DNA from: a virus
Strand: one strand, 5' to 3'
DNA: 64,000 nucleotides
IMG/VR virus record: IMGVR_UViG_3300046519_000323
Span: 1 to 64,000 of that record
The notes under the pieces were generated by a model, which was not told where the DNA came from, ran no database searches, and saw only the letters and a program-made list of their open reading frames with translations. How positions within the stretch are numbered: position 1 is the stretch's first letter; every line of letters begins with the position of its first letter. The position numbers and the translations under genes were made by a program. This document shows, piece after piece, positions 9,125-18,717 of the stretch.

Positions 9125-10204
9125 CTATAACTTATTTGAAAATAGCTGAAATTCGTCCTCAGTAATAATTCCTTGCTGACGAAGTGCTTTAAGCTTGTTT
9201 AAAGCTTGATATTTGGTTTGAGCGGCTTTTGCTTTTTCCGCCAATACTTTGGCTCTTTGAAGGGCTTTTTGTTCTAACTTGCGTACTTCTTGCTGCAGCT
9301 TAGGAACAATGTGATTTCGAGCTGTGTTTGCTCTAACCATCTGCTCAGCAATATTTCTGCTTAGGTCTTTTTTATTGTGCTTATAGCGAGTGCCGACCTG
9401 TTTGGTGCGATCGGCATCTAAAGCCTGTTCAAGATAACGGCGGCCATGGGCTGACTTGATAAAATGCATGACGCGTAAAATGTGTTTACATGCAATGCCG
9501 GTTAATTGCGGATTTCGGATTTTCGGAAAACCGCCCTCTTTGCGACCCAATACCGTACCACCAACGGTATTAATATATCGGAACCAAAATTTAAATTTTC
9601 CACAGTCGCACTCGAACTTAACTTTGCCCTTTGAAAGCCTGTTTTCTACAGTAGTCGCCTTAATTTTTTCAGGATTAAAAATCAAAGAGTCAAACGCTTG
9701 AAACTCAACATTTACATGGTGATATAAAACATCACTACCCCGACTTGCATTAGTCACAAAATGCACTAATCCACCTTTACGGCGAACCGGGTGAGCCACG
9801 TGAATTTGCTGATTCGCTAAATCGATGTCATCTTGCCGACTGAATGCAATAACCTGCTCTACTGTGATGCCGCCTTTATAATTTTCGGCAATCGTTTCAA
9901 TGTTGTGTTTGAATGCCTGCAGGTCGTCACGTGTTAGTGCTCGTGTCAAGCCTTCAGGCATATTTAAAGTTGTTTGAAGCGCCCGCTTAAAGTCATAATC
10001 ACCTGCGATATCGGCTGGCCGTAGAAACGTAGGCTTTGAACCTTTTTTATCGTCCTTGCTCTCACGTTCTTCTTCAGCAAATCGCCGTTGAGCTCTGTCA
10101 TCTTTCTGACGGGCTTTTAAATCTTTACCAAACCCACCCTTTAAAAGTGCTTCTCTGAGTTTATCGGGTTCAAAATCTTCACTTTTAAGCATTCGAAACC
10201 CCAT
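9125..10204 (-). CDS. SWIM-type zinc-finger protein
   Basis: 359 aa; CxC...CxH (C199-D-C201 ... C239-K-H241, ..GIACKHILRV..) preceded by a beta-rich segment; basic coiled-coil tail. Confidence 0.55.
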   Translation of the reverse strand: MGFRMLKSEDFEPDKLREALLKGGFGKDLKARQKDDRAQRRFAEEERESKDDKKGSKPTFLRPADIAGDYDFKRALQTTLNMPEGLTRALTRDDLQAFKHNIETIAENYKGGITVEQVIAFSRQDDIDLANQQIHVAHPVRRKGGLVHFVTNASRGSDVLYHHVNVEFQAFDSLIFNPEKIKATTVENRLSKGKVKFECDCGKFKFWFRYINTVGGTVLGRKEGGFPKIRNPQLTGIACKHILRVMHFIKSAHGRRYLEQALDADRTKQVGTRYKHNKKDLSRNIAEQMVRANTARNHIVPKLQQEVRKLEQKALQRAKVLAEKAKAAQTKYQALNKLKALRQQGIITEDEFQLFSNKL

Positions 10205-10472
10205 GTAATTTTTGGAGTCGAATAATTTCGCTCAGAACCGGCAATAAAATAATTTTCTCTTCTAATTTCTCATGCCAAAACGACGCATTGCTTGCTATAC
10301 GTACTACATCTGAATGACGACGGGTTTTATATACACGTTCACTAATAAGTGAATGATCAGAAATTTCATCAATGCCGATTTGATACTGAAATAAAACATT
10401 TGCCTGACCAGCTTTGTTTTGATTGAGCTCAATCAGACGGCGTATATCATTAAGATATTCATTTACGGCCAT
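10185..10472 (-). CDS. hypothetical protein
   Basis: 95-aa ORF, first gene after the terminator at 10488..10521. Confidence 0.5.
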   Translation of the reverse strand: MAVNEYLNDIRRLIELNQNKAGQANVLFQYQIGIDEISDHSLISERVYKTRRHSDVVRIASNASFWHEKLEEKIILLPVLSEIIRLQKLHGVSNA

Positions 10473-10487
10473 AGCGATCGGAAAACT

Positions 10488-10521
10488 AAAAAAGGATAGC
10501 CAATTATCGGCTATCCTTTTT
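10488..10521 (-). terminator. rho-independent terminator after the tail-fibre gene
   Basis: 8-bp stem GGATAGCC / GGCTATCC flanked by A6 and T5 runs. Confidence 0.75.
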
Positions 10522-10541
10522 ATATGACTTTCTGCTTATTC

Positions 10542-11969
10542 CTATGCAATAGTGCTGACTTTTGCGTAACCGTTTACGCCATCTTCACCGTTATAGCCTG
10601 CAGCTTTGACGCCAGCTGCACCTAGGGTAAGACCAATATAAACAGGCTCGGTTGTAGTGTTTTGGTACTTAACTTTGATATAAGCACCCGAACCACCGCC
10701 GCCGCCGAATGAGAAACCATCATCACCTACGCCGTTCCCACCGTCACCACCAGCGCCATAAGCAAGGACAGGACTTACTGAAGCACCACCTTCATGCGCG
10801 CTCTGTGATTCGTTATGTCCCTTATTACCTGCAACGCTTTCAAGTATCACAACATTTGCAGCTGCTTGTGTATTCGCTTGACCGCCTACACCGCCTTCAC
10901 CATTGTAATAAGAGGAACCATTACCCCAAACACCTTCAGTACCATGCATACCACCTGAAGCAATCGCAAATGTGACGCCATCTAATGATAAAGAGGTATC
11001 TGTACCATCTGTACCGATACCATTGCCAGAATCCGTACTCCAACGGCTCGCACCACCCGAACCACCAGCACCAACAATAATGATTTCTTTGCTCGAATTA
11101 GCAGGGATTCCAATTACATAATCACCAGGTAAAGTATATTCGCCATCGCCAATAATCTGGCTTTCTGGTGAGGCTTGTATGACATTCCAATTGACACGGC
11201 CACCGTACCCAACACGGTTTGTACCCGAGCGGTCGTAAACATTGTATGTAAATGATTTAAGTGCTCTTAAAATGGTCCATCCTTCATGACCGCCTTCGGG
11301 CGTAATAGTTAAGACATATTTTGTGTCACGCAGATCATCTACTTTTCCAGTTAAATCGACAGTAGCACTACCGATCGTCACACCACTCGCAATAAGTCGG
11401 GGGTACATTAAACCAATATCTTCAATTACTTGGTCTATTTGCTCTTGAAGATGGTCATCCTTCTGCTTTACGTCAGTTTTTAAAGCATATTGAGGGTGTG
11501 GATTTACTGCAGTTTCATGCTGGGTCATGAGCTGCTGCATAATAGGTACATCAGTTTGTACTGTAACCGTAATATTTGACGTGGTACCTAAGGCAAGACC
11601 AAAGGACGCAACAAATGAAATCCCAACATCTAAAGTAAAAAACTTATCTGCTGCCAAGCTTGCGACAGCAAATAATGTACCGTCATCCGCAAAGATACCA
11701 ATTTCACTACACTGAACAGCTGCAGCTGGTACAAAGTTAACGGATAGAATTAAGGTATTAGTTACCCCAATGATTCCACCTGCAGACAGCTCAGCTTCAG
11801 CTATTTTGTTCTGTAAATTTGTTCTCGGGTCATTATCAACACTTACATAGTGTCCATTACCAAAACCAATTTTACTAAGTGTTAATTTTAGCCCGTTTTG
11901 TTCCTGGTTAAGTGCTGCCACTCGGCCCGCAGCTGTAACTTTAAAAATTACAGGAATACTTTCACTCAT
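10542..11969 (-). CDS. tail fibre protein (P2 gpH-type N-terminal domain, Gly-rich C-terminal domain)
   Basis: 475 aa; N-terminus VIFKVTAAGRVAAL...LTLSKIGFGNG...EIGIFADDGTLFAVAS...HETAVNPHPQYA parallels the P2 gpH tail-collar fibre N-domain; C-terminus GGSGGAS...GGGGGSGAY glycine-rich. Confidence 0.75.
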   Translation of the reverse strand: MSESIPVIFKVTAAGRVAALNQEQNGLKLTLSKIGFGNGHYVSVDNDPRTNLQNKIAEAELSAGGIIGVTNTLILSVNFVPAAAVQCSEIGIFADDGTLFAVASLAADKFFTLDVGISFVASFGLALGTTSNITVTVQTDVPIMQQLMTQHETAVNPHPQYALKTDVKQKDDHLQEQIDQVIEDIGLMYPRLIASGVTIGSATVDLTGKVDDLRDTKYVLTITPEGGHEGWTILRALKSFTYNVYDRSGTNRVGYGGRVNWNVIQASPESQIIGDGEYTLPGDYVIGIPANSSKEIIIVGAGGSGGASRWSTDSGNGIGTDGTDTSLSLDGVTFAIASGGMHGTEGVWGNGSSYYNGEGGVGGQANTQAAANVVILESVAGNKGHNESQSAHEGGASVSPVLAYGAGGDGGNGVGDDGFSFGGGGGSGAYIKVKYQNTTTEPVYIGLTLGAAGVKAAGYNGEDGVNGYAKVSTIA

Positions 11970-12037
11970 GAGTTCGACAATCCAATTTTTTCAGTAGTTA
12001 TAACGGCGTACGCTTTATAGATACTTTCAATATTCCA

Positions 12038-14014
12038 CTAACTCATTAAGTCCGCGACCTCATCAGCCTCTTCTAAAATGCTTTGTTCCTCTACCTCATC
12101 GGATGTTTTATAAGAACGGCCAACATAATCAATATTTACCCCATCATCTGCCACAGAGTAATTGGTACCGCTTAAAAACATAAAGGCAAAAGTATCGAGT
12201 AAATCGGGTGATTTAATCCCTTTCCTTTTCATTTCTTCTTTTGACAAGATTTTATAACGTGCTTGTTCGTCGAAGGTGTAAGGTACACGCGTCATCTGTT
12301 CCTCAATTTTTGCTTTTAATAAAAGCGTACGAATCTTAAATCGACCGTCTGAAATCGCACGTTGTAGGGCCACGTAAGCTTGAGCACGTTTGTTTACATA
12401 CATTTTTCGGTCATTCATACCGAAACACTGACCGCCCCAAATGACCTTTTTATAAGCGATGCCGTTGAGTGTGAGGTATTGCGCTAAGCCTGCCCCTGCG
12501 CCGTTTGCATCGAGTAAAATTGAGATATTCGGGTACTGAATCAGACAGTTATTAATAACTCCTGTCAGTTCAGCAATGTTGTCATTGTTTTTACAAAGCG
12601 GGATATCAATAATTTCGACACGGCGAGCACGTTCGCCGAATTTTGCATTACCCCAAACTCGCCCGATCACAATGGCCGAATCGTCTCGGCCCACACCGCC
12701 CCCGACGTCCACTGCCATAAAATACCCATAGTCTTTAAATTTTTTATTCTTAAGACTTCGGCCTTGCCACGCTTTTTTCGCATTCTTATACGTTATTAAG
12801 AACTCACCAGCCAAATCTGGGAAAAGTCCACGTATTCGAATCATGTATGACGGGTCGTCACGACTACCGTATTGAAGTAATGCCTCTTTAATCTTATTAA
12901 GGCTTACAAGAGGTGAATCTTCACTGTTAAATATTAATGAGTTCCAAATACCCCCGACGGCTTTAGATAGCTTGTGATGCGTGTCATAGAAGAAACCTGC
13001 AGGGCGTGCGGGCTGTGATGTCAGCACCATCCTGTTATTTTCTTCAGTCAATGCGTTTGTTAAGACGTCAAAGACGGCATCATCAATACCCGCGGCCTCA
13101 TCACACCAAATCGTTAAATATTTAGCATGCAGACCTGCAAGGTTTGTCGGCTTATTTGGTGGCGCTGTCTTAGCAAAAATATGCCAAGTTTTTTGAAAAC
13201 CACGGATGTAAACACTTTCTGCAAGGACCTCAATGTAATCGGCAAGCCAAGATAGGCGCCGAGTTCTCATTAACTCCTTACAGATTTCAATTTCTTTCCA
13301 TACTAATTTACGCAGCTGATCGATTTGCGGCGCTGTAAAAAGCATGATTGAGAAAGGGAAAAAACATAAATGCCATAAGGCCACAACACCAGCTGAACGC
13401 GTCTTACCTGTGTTGTGTAGAACGATGTCTTGTTCACCAAGGAACGTATGATTATTTAATAACTCAAAACCGTAATAATCCCCTTTACCTATCGATTTGA
13501 TCGACTGGATATAAACCCTTTCATAACCCTTTTTAGTCCATTTATAAAATGTATAACGGCGTTGCTTGCGCCGTTTCCATTGTAAGAATTGGTTTAATGT
13601 TACGGTGAGCCTTAACCCCATTTCATCCATAAGGCAAAGGATATGTGAGGCGTTAAAAACATGAGAGTGGCCGTTCTTGTATTTAACGCGGTAAAGCTTC
13701 TCTTGACCATTTAAAATATGAGTAACAACACGCTCTGAGACGTTATCATCACCCATGATCAAATCATTTTCTTGAATATCCTGAACATACTTAAACGACC
13801 CATCGAACATTTTAATGGGCGTATCAATCCCGAAACATCCGTGACCTGAAGATACAGACGTACGACTACCCGGCACAGCAATAGACGTATAGAGCTCATA
13901 TTGCTGCCAAGTAATTTCCATGCCCAGCGCTTCAATGGCAAAACGCGGCAGATCGTACCGATACCGCTTACAAGCGGCGTGCCATTCCGGTAAATCGACA
14001 AGACTTTTAAGCAT
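12038..14014 (-). CDS. terL: terminase large subunit, interrupted by a mini-intein
   Basis: 658 aa; P-loop split as ..SSGHG | intein | TGKT..; Walker B LTIWCDEAAG; C-terminal RNase H-like Asp motifs (MAVDVGGG, ILLDANGAG). Confidence 0.9.
   Translation of the reverse strand: MLKSLVDLPEWHAACKRYRYDLPRFAIEALGMEITWQQYELYTSIAVPGSRTSVSSGHGCFGIDTPIKMFDGSFKYVQDIQENDLIMGDDNVSERVVTHILNGQEKLYRVKYKNGHSHVFNASHILCLMDEMGLRLTVTLNQFLQWKRRKQRRYTFYKWTKKGYERVYIQSIKSIGKGDYYGFELLNNHTFLGEQDIVLHNTGKTRSAGVVALWHLCFFPFSIMLFTAPQIDQLRKLVWKEIEICKELMRTRRLSWLADYIEVLAESVYIRGFQKTWHIFAKTAPPNKPTNLAGLHAKYLTIWCDEAAGIDDAVFDVLTNALTEENNRMVLTSQPARPAGFFYDTHHKLSKAVGGIWNSLIFNSEDSPLVSLNKIKEALLQYGSRDDPSYMIRIRGLFPDLAGEFLITYKNAKKAWQGRSLKNKKFKDYGYFMAVDVGGGVGRDDSAIVIGRVWGNAKFGERARRVEIIDIPLCKNNDNIAELTGVINNCLIQYPNISILLDANGAGAGLAQYLTLNGIAYKKVIWGGQCFGMNDRKMYVNKRAQAYVALQRAISDGRFKIRTLLLKAKIEEQMTRVPYTFDEQARYKILSKEEMKRKGIKSPDLLDTFAFMFLSGTNYSVADDGVNIDYVGRSYKTSDEVEEQSILEEADEVADLMS
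13412..13837 (-). mobile_element. mini-intein (142 aa, no homing endonuclease domain) in the TerL P-loop
   Basis: aa 60-201: starts CFGIDTPI (block A), ..NASHILCL (block B-like), ends DYYGFELLNNHTFLGEQDIVLHN followed by +1 Thr; removal restores SSGHG-TGKT. Confidence 0.85.
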
Positions 14015-14027
14015 TCTCTACCCTTTG

Positions 14028-14585
14028 TTAGATAGAGAAAGGAACTAAAAAGTCGTCATGGTGTTCGCTGCTTAACTCAACTTCTTCAGTATGGGTAATT
14101 GTTGACGTTGCCATAGCGCGCAGCGAGGCCCAACAAGACGCTAAAATTGCAATGTGTCCGTTTTCAGTTTCATCAGGGTTTAATTCATAAACCGACCCGC
14201 CAATTTCCAACTTACGCAGCTGAATAACGCTGTCCAAGTTATATCTATTGGCAACCTCTTTACCTAGTTTGAGACGATCTGAGCGGAGTAATTCATAATA
14301 AGCAGCTGTAGCTTCAGGTAAATCTAACTTTTCCTGAAAATGCAGGTCCCATTTAGGGAATGAATTAGCGCTGTCCACGACAATCATTGTGTAGCGTTGT
14401 AGTGCTTTGATTTTCTCAATCTGTTCTGGTGTTTTACCTTCGTAAGTCACTTGCGACGTGTAAGGCAAAACTTTAGAAATCGCTAAGATGCCGTTAATAG
14501 CATCATAAGAACCTGTAACACGTACTTTATCGCCCTCATATGAGCCAATACGCACGTCCGTAATAATTACTCTTGGGTTGCTCAT
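14028..14585 (-). CDS. hypothetical protein
   Basis: 185-aa ORF, 4-nt overlap with the upstream gene, immediately upstream of terL; no DNA-binding motif seen, so not called small terminase. Confidence 0.55.
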   Translation of the reverse strand: MSNPRVIITDVRIGSYEGDKVRVTGSYDAINGILAISKVLPYTSQVTYEGKTPEQIEKIKALQRYTMIVVDSANSFPKWDLHFQEKLDLPEATAAYYELLRSDRLKLGKEVANRYNLDSVIQLRKLEIGGSVYELNPDETENGHIAILASCWASLRAMATSTITHTEEVELSSEHHDDFLVPFSI

Positions 14586-15346
14586 GGTTGTAAGCCCCCT
14601 TTCGTAATCACTTCTGAAGAACGCTCACCAGTGTCCTTATCTGCTTTTAAACGTAAATATTCTGGTGTAGGTCTATCAGGGTACATATCTGCTTCGACAA
14701 CCACACTCCACGGCGCTGGTTCATCAGGATTTAAACCTGCAGTAATTTGAGGTAATAATCCTTGAGCCACAAAATCAAAAATGCCGATCGTTAAATCAGT
14801 TTCTTCGATACTTGCTGAATCAGGAAAAATTGAGTTGTCTAAAATCGTGAGGTGCCAATCATCTGAAGCGTTGTCATCAAATACATAGGTGACAGGGAAA
14901 CGTCGCTTTTCAGCTAGTTCTATATAGTTGCTGAATTGATCTGTAAAGCTCGATGCTGAATCAGGGTCATTCACTAGAAAGGCAAACTGAATGCGAAAAG
15001 CTCGTGCAATAGCTCGAAACTTGATATTCCGCTTCAGTTGGTCGCCTGTGATACGAGAGTTAATTTCATTTGGTACCGTCCTCAAGCTGCTCGCGTCAGG
15101 CTTTTCTTTGATTCGCTGAACTGCCAAAAATAGACGGGGTAAACGTGCCGCGCCCGATTTACGATAGCTATCAACCATGGATTGCACATCATCTACTAAA
15201 CGGCCTTCAACGATTACGATTGGCTTAGAATCGTCTTTCCACGCTTGCAGGGCTTTGGTATCAGCATGCAGCCACTTTTGAAAATCCAAAATGACTTTAC
15301 ATAACGCCGTTTTTACAAATTCTCGGCTAGAACGTTGTTGTGTCAT
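14582..15346 (-). CDS. hypothetical protein
   Basis: 254-aa ORF in operon packing. Confidence 0.55.
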   Translation of the reverse strand: MTQQRSSREFVKTALCKVILDFQKWLHADTKALQAWKDDSKPIVIVEGRLVDDVQSMVDSYRKSGAARLPRLFLAVQRIKEKPDASSLRTVPNEINSRITGDQLKRNIKFRAIARAFRIQFAFLVNDPDSASSFTDQFSNYIELAEKRRFPVTYVFDDNASDDWHLTILDNSIFPDSASIEETDLTIGIFDFVAQGLLPQITAGLNPDEPAPWSVVVEADMYPDRPTPEYLRLKADKDTGERSSEVITKGGLQP

Positions 15347-15357
15347 AACGCCCTCGC

Positions 15358-16209
15358 TTAGAAGTAATCAAAAAAGCCGCCAAGTATCTTAACTGGCGTA
15401 TTTTTTTTAGTTTTACTTTGATTGGCGAGTAAGCCACTTACTTTATTGAATTGATTGGCGTCGTCTAAGAACTCTTCAAGTGATTTAGTAGGACATAAGG
15501 CCCCATCATAGAGCTCACCTTGTCTTTGGGTCTGTATTGCTTTACGACGTTCAATTTTGGCCTGTTCAAGCAAGAATCTTTGTTCAAGCTCCATTGCCTG
15601 TGCTAACCGCTCATTCGCATCATCAAGCGTAAATCGTGCGTATTGAACGTCATTGATACAATCAAGAATAGTTGCTAAACCACACTCGAGAGATTCACGC
15701 ATTAACGGCGTTTGCATCATTGCCGAGTCAAACTGGCCGTACCCGCAATTCTCTACAAAATTTTGCTGTAGTACGTAATCCATGCCACCCATGACAGTAG
15801 GTATATATCTGCCTCCCACTGGTTGAGCATCCACGGCCATGGAGAAACCGCCTACTTTTGCTTTGTAGTTTTTAAATGCGTATTCACCCGCGTCCGTTTC
15901 TAAGAACTCTTCTTTATGAGATACCTGACCTGAACTATCAGCAAAAAATTCAACCGTGCGTACAGCTGGGCTAATTCGATATTCTTTGCCAGCCAAAAAC
16001 GCCGTTTCAGGCGGATTCATACCGAATAATTGACGTACTTGATGGCCGTAATAACCCAACAAACCACCCGTAGAAACCATTTCTTGAGTTTCGGGTGAGT
16101 TAATAAGATCAACCCATGCTTTAACATCTACATCAGAGCGGTCTTGTCCTGTGTATTTCCGCCCCCTGTCGTTCAGATTAAACGTGATTAACTTAGTTAC
16201 ACGTGACAT
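15358..16209 (-). CDS. possible prohead protease / scaffold-like protein
   Basis: 283 aa; GYYGH and GGFSMAVD spaced like the His/Ser motifs of S78-type prohead proteases; coiled-coil-like C-terminus; weak. Confidence 0.3.
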   Translation of the reverse strand: MSRVTKLITFNLNDRGRKYTGQDRSDVDVKAWVDLINSPETQEMVSTGGLLGYYGHQVRQLFGMNPPETAFLAGKEYRISPAVRTVEFFADSSGQVSHKEEFLETDAGEYAFKNYKAKVGGFSMAVDAQPVGGRYIPTVMGGMDYVLQQNFVENCGYGQFDSAMMQTPLMRESLECGLATILDCINDVQYARFTLDDANERLAQAMELEQRFLLEQAKIERRKAIQTQRQGELYDGALCPTKSLEEFLDDANQFNKVSGLLANQSKTKKNTPVKILGGFFDYF

Positions 16210-16240
16210 AAAAAAGCCCTAAATACTGATATCTAGGGCT
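16210..16240 (-). terminator. hairpin terminator abutting the next start codon
   Basis: AGCCCTA / TAGGGCT stem followed on the minus strand by T6 and directly by the ATG of 15358..16209. Confidence 0.55.
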
Positions 16241-16273
16241 ATTTTGTTATAAGCAATTTAGGGCACTTTTTCG

Positions 16274-16732
16274 TTATTCCACCTGTGTACAAGCATCTAC
16301 AAACTTGGGTATCACATTTTTTACCAGGTAATCTTTTGAAATTAGCTTTTTATGGACCGTACCAAAGAAAGCTGCAACTACACGGCCTTCCCCCTCAGTA
16401 GAATGCGGTACCCGATCATCTAAAGCGTAAATGGTACCTTTTTCGAGTTTGATTTTTTGCTCATCAACAATCAAATAATCGTCTGATTCTAAATCGATCG
16501 GCATAAAGAAAATGTAACCCGTATCATCTGCATGCTCAGCTATTGGGGATTTCCAGCCATAGAATTGAACATGTTCGCTCTGATTCGTTGTAATGATATT
16601 TAAACCGGGCAGGTCTTTAGAAAGGACTTTCTGAACTGAGGTAATGATGCTTTGTAAAGTTGAACTGATCACGTCCACATGACCAACAACAATCACTTTA
16701 TTTAACTTGCCTTCTGAATCAAAAATTTCCAT
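16274..16732 (-). CDS. hypothetical protein, possible cupin / 2OG-Fe(II) oxygenase-like
   Basis: 152 aa; H-A-D ... (about 45 aa) ... P-H-S ... G-R-V spacing like an HxD...H...R facial triad; weak. Confidence 0.25.
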   Translation of the reverse strand: MEIFDSEGKLNKVIVVGHVDVISSTLQSIITSVQKVLSKDLPGLNIITTNQSEHVQFYGWKSPIAEHADDTGYIFFMPIDLESDDYLIVDEQKIKLEKGTIYALDDRVPHSTEGEGRVVAAFFGTVHKKLISKDYLVKNVIPKFVDACTQVE

Positions 16733-16774
16733 GGTTAATCCACATTTGATATGTGGTTTTATTATTTAGGTATT

Positions 16775-16809
16775 AAAAAAGCCCCCTTAGGTGTTATTCC
16801 ACAGGGGGC
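16775..16809 (-). terminator. rho-independent terminator
   Basis: GCCCCC / GGGGGC stem with long loop, T6 run on the minus strand, after stop of 16818..17042. Confidence 0.55.
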
Positions 16810-16817
16810 TTTTATAT

Positions 16818-17042
16818 CTATTTATTTAAATTTGTCTCTCTCGGACCATTATAGTCAATATCATCTAATCTCTGTTGATGCTCTAAAAACTCATTTTCAG
16901 TTATTACTTCTTCACCAAAAAGTGCTGATACATAACCCATAATATAAGCTTTAGTGGCAATAAACTTCTCATGGCTTTCATGCGGTTTCATGAGTAAAGT
17001 GATACGTTCATTCAGGATTTGACGTGTAATACCTTTCATCAT
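16818..17042 (-). CDS. hypothetical protein
   Basis: 74-aa ORF. Confidence 0.5.
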   Translation of the reverse strand: MMKGITRQILNERITLLMKPHESHEKFIATKAYIMGYVSALFGEEVITENEFLEHQQRLDDIDYNGPRETNLNK

Positions 17043-17060
17043 ATACCCCTAAATAATCCC

Positions 17061-17627
17061 TTATAGCTGGTTCCAGTCTACTTCTAAAATATCGTCAAAT
17101 GCGGTATCAACACTTTCAATTTCTTCACGTAAATTAATGATTTCAGGATTTAAAGATATACTGAATACAAAACCTTTTCGGAAATCAATTGAAGTATCAA
17201 CTAAATCCCAAGCCAATACATTTAACGATTTTTGTATATCACTGGAAACTTCATTTTTCCTTAATATTTCAACTAATTGCGTTAATGCATTATTAAATCG
17301 TTTTTCTTTATTTAAGTAACTTTCTAGGGTTTCCACCATAGTAGATTTTTGAATCCACTTCTCATCATTTGGAAAAACTGTATCGTAGGCTTCATCATAG
17401 CTATTGTGATACACAAGCTTTATGACATTTTCAAACTGTGCGTAGAGCTTTTTGATCTCTTCAGTTGCTTCTACTACATGAAATTCTTTTAAACCAGTTT
17501 TTAGACCTTTTACAAATAAATCCTCTGCGGTTTGCAGTGATTTATTTTCACCAAATCTTATAATTAAAGCACCTGATAAATCTTTTTTCTCAAATAACTC
17601 TACACAGGACTTTTGGAAGTTTGACAT
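17061..17627 (-). CDS. hypothetical protein
   Basis: 188-aa ORF. Confidence 0.55.
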   Translation of the reverse strand: MSNFQKSCVELFEKKDLSGALIIRFGENKSLQTAEDLFVKGLKTGLKEFHVVEATEEIKKLYAQFENVIKLVYHNSYDEAYDTVFPNDEKWIQKSTMVETLESYLNKEKRFNNALTQLVEILRKNEVSSDIQKSLNVLAWDLVDTSIDFRKGFVFSISLNPEIINLREEIESVDTAFDDILEVDWNQL

Positions 17628-17687
17628 TGTGAACCTTTTTAAAGATATAAAAGTAAGCCCCTAGTTATTATAAATAGAGGCGAGTTG

Positions 17688-18299
17688 TTATTTAGGTGTT
17701 GAAGCAGCTGGTGCCGTAGTAGTAGGCAAAAACCGATCAGTAAATTTATTTTGCGATTCAGTGCCTTTAACAGAGGCAATAAAGATCAGCCACAGGGCAA
17801 TTGTTGATAGAACTGTAATTATTACAGCTTTACCAATTTCTTTTAGCCATGCACCCCAGCCTTCTTCATTAATTTTACCAAGTTCAGACATCACAGCCGT
17901 GTGCTTAGTATTTAAATCACCTTTTAAATTACTTTGGCTTTGAGAAACAGTATTTTTAAGCGCTTCAAGCTCTCTTTTCATTTCTGAAGTTGTATTTTGC
18001 TCAAAACGCTCTTCAAGTTCGACAATCTTACTAGCAAGTGAATTTTGTAAAATCTCAGTAACAATTATTCCCGCTTCTTTACGTAGACCTTCTAAGGAGG
18101 ACTCCATCATAAAGAGTTCACGGAAACTATATATTTGTTCTGGTGTTGGATTACCATTGAATTGCTTAAAAAAATCAATTTTACGTTGCTTATAGATAAT
18201 ATAAGCAACGTTGTTTACTAAATTGAAATCGCCGTTATCGTTTTTTGTAAGTTCTTGATAAACCCAACTATATTTAGGGTCCTGAGTAGGGTTAGCCAT
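17688..18299 (-). CDS. membrane-anchored coiled-coil protein
   Basis: 203 aa; C-terminal TM segment AVIITVLSTIALWLIFIASV. Confidence 0.55.
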   Translation of the reverse strand: MANPTQDPKYSWVYQELTKNDNGDFNLVNNVAYIIYKQRKIDFFKQFNGNPTPEQIYSFRELFMMESSLEGLRKEAGIIVTEILQNSLASKIVELEERFEQNTTSEMKRELEALKNTVSQSQSNLKGDLNTKHTAVMSELGKINEEGWGAWLKEIGKAVIITVLSTIALWLIFIASVKGTESQNKFTDRFLPTTTAPAASTPK

Positions 18300-18567
18300 G
18301 GCTGTGTTTCATTGCTCGGTCGAAGGCATAATTAACTGTGTCTAAATCAATATTAAAACTACGTAATGCCTCAGAGCCAATTTTTGTACGTGGCTTAGCT
18401 GACTCATTTTTATAAGCATTATGTGATTGTTGAGATATTACCGCACCAGCTGCAGGGTTTTTAGCTATTGCCTCACCTATCTCATTACCCTTATACATCT
18501 TAAAGCGTGTTTTGGCTTCTAACGCATCTTCAATGGTGAAGCCTGTTACTTTAACAGTCATCTCCAA
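18292..18567 (-). CDS. hypothetical protein
   Basis: 91-aa ORF; perfect TATAAT (minus strand, plus coordinates about 18612-18617) upstream. Confidence 0.5.
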   Translation of the reverse strand: MEMTVKVTGFTIEDALEAKTRFKMYKGNEIGEAIAKNPAAGAVISQQSHNAYKNESAKPRTKIGSEALRSFNIDLDTVNYAFDRAMKHSHG

Positions 18568-18670
18568 ATCCTCATTTAAATATAATTAAATATGTATAAC
18601 TATCTTTTGTCATTATACATGTTTGCATAAAAGTAGTATGTAAGGTACTACAAAAAGTCTAATTTTTAAC

Positions 18671-18699
18671 AAAAAAAAGGATGCGTCAAAAACACATCC
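18671..18699 (-). terminator. weak rho-independent terminator
   Basis: GGATG / CATCC stem followed on the minus strand by T8. Confidence 0.45.
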
Positions 18700-18717
18700 C
18701 CGTTTAAAAACGCTAAC

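Noticed and set aside
13759-14001. 80-aa alternative-frame ORF at the 5' end of terL
   Set aside because: It lies fully inside terL in another frame, and the TerL frame is continuous through extein and intein motifs.
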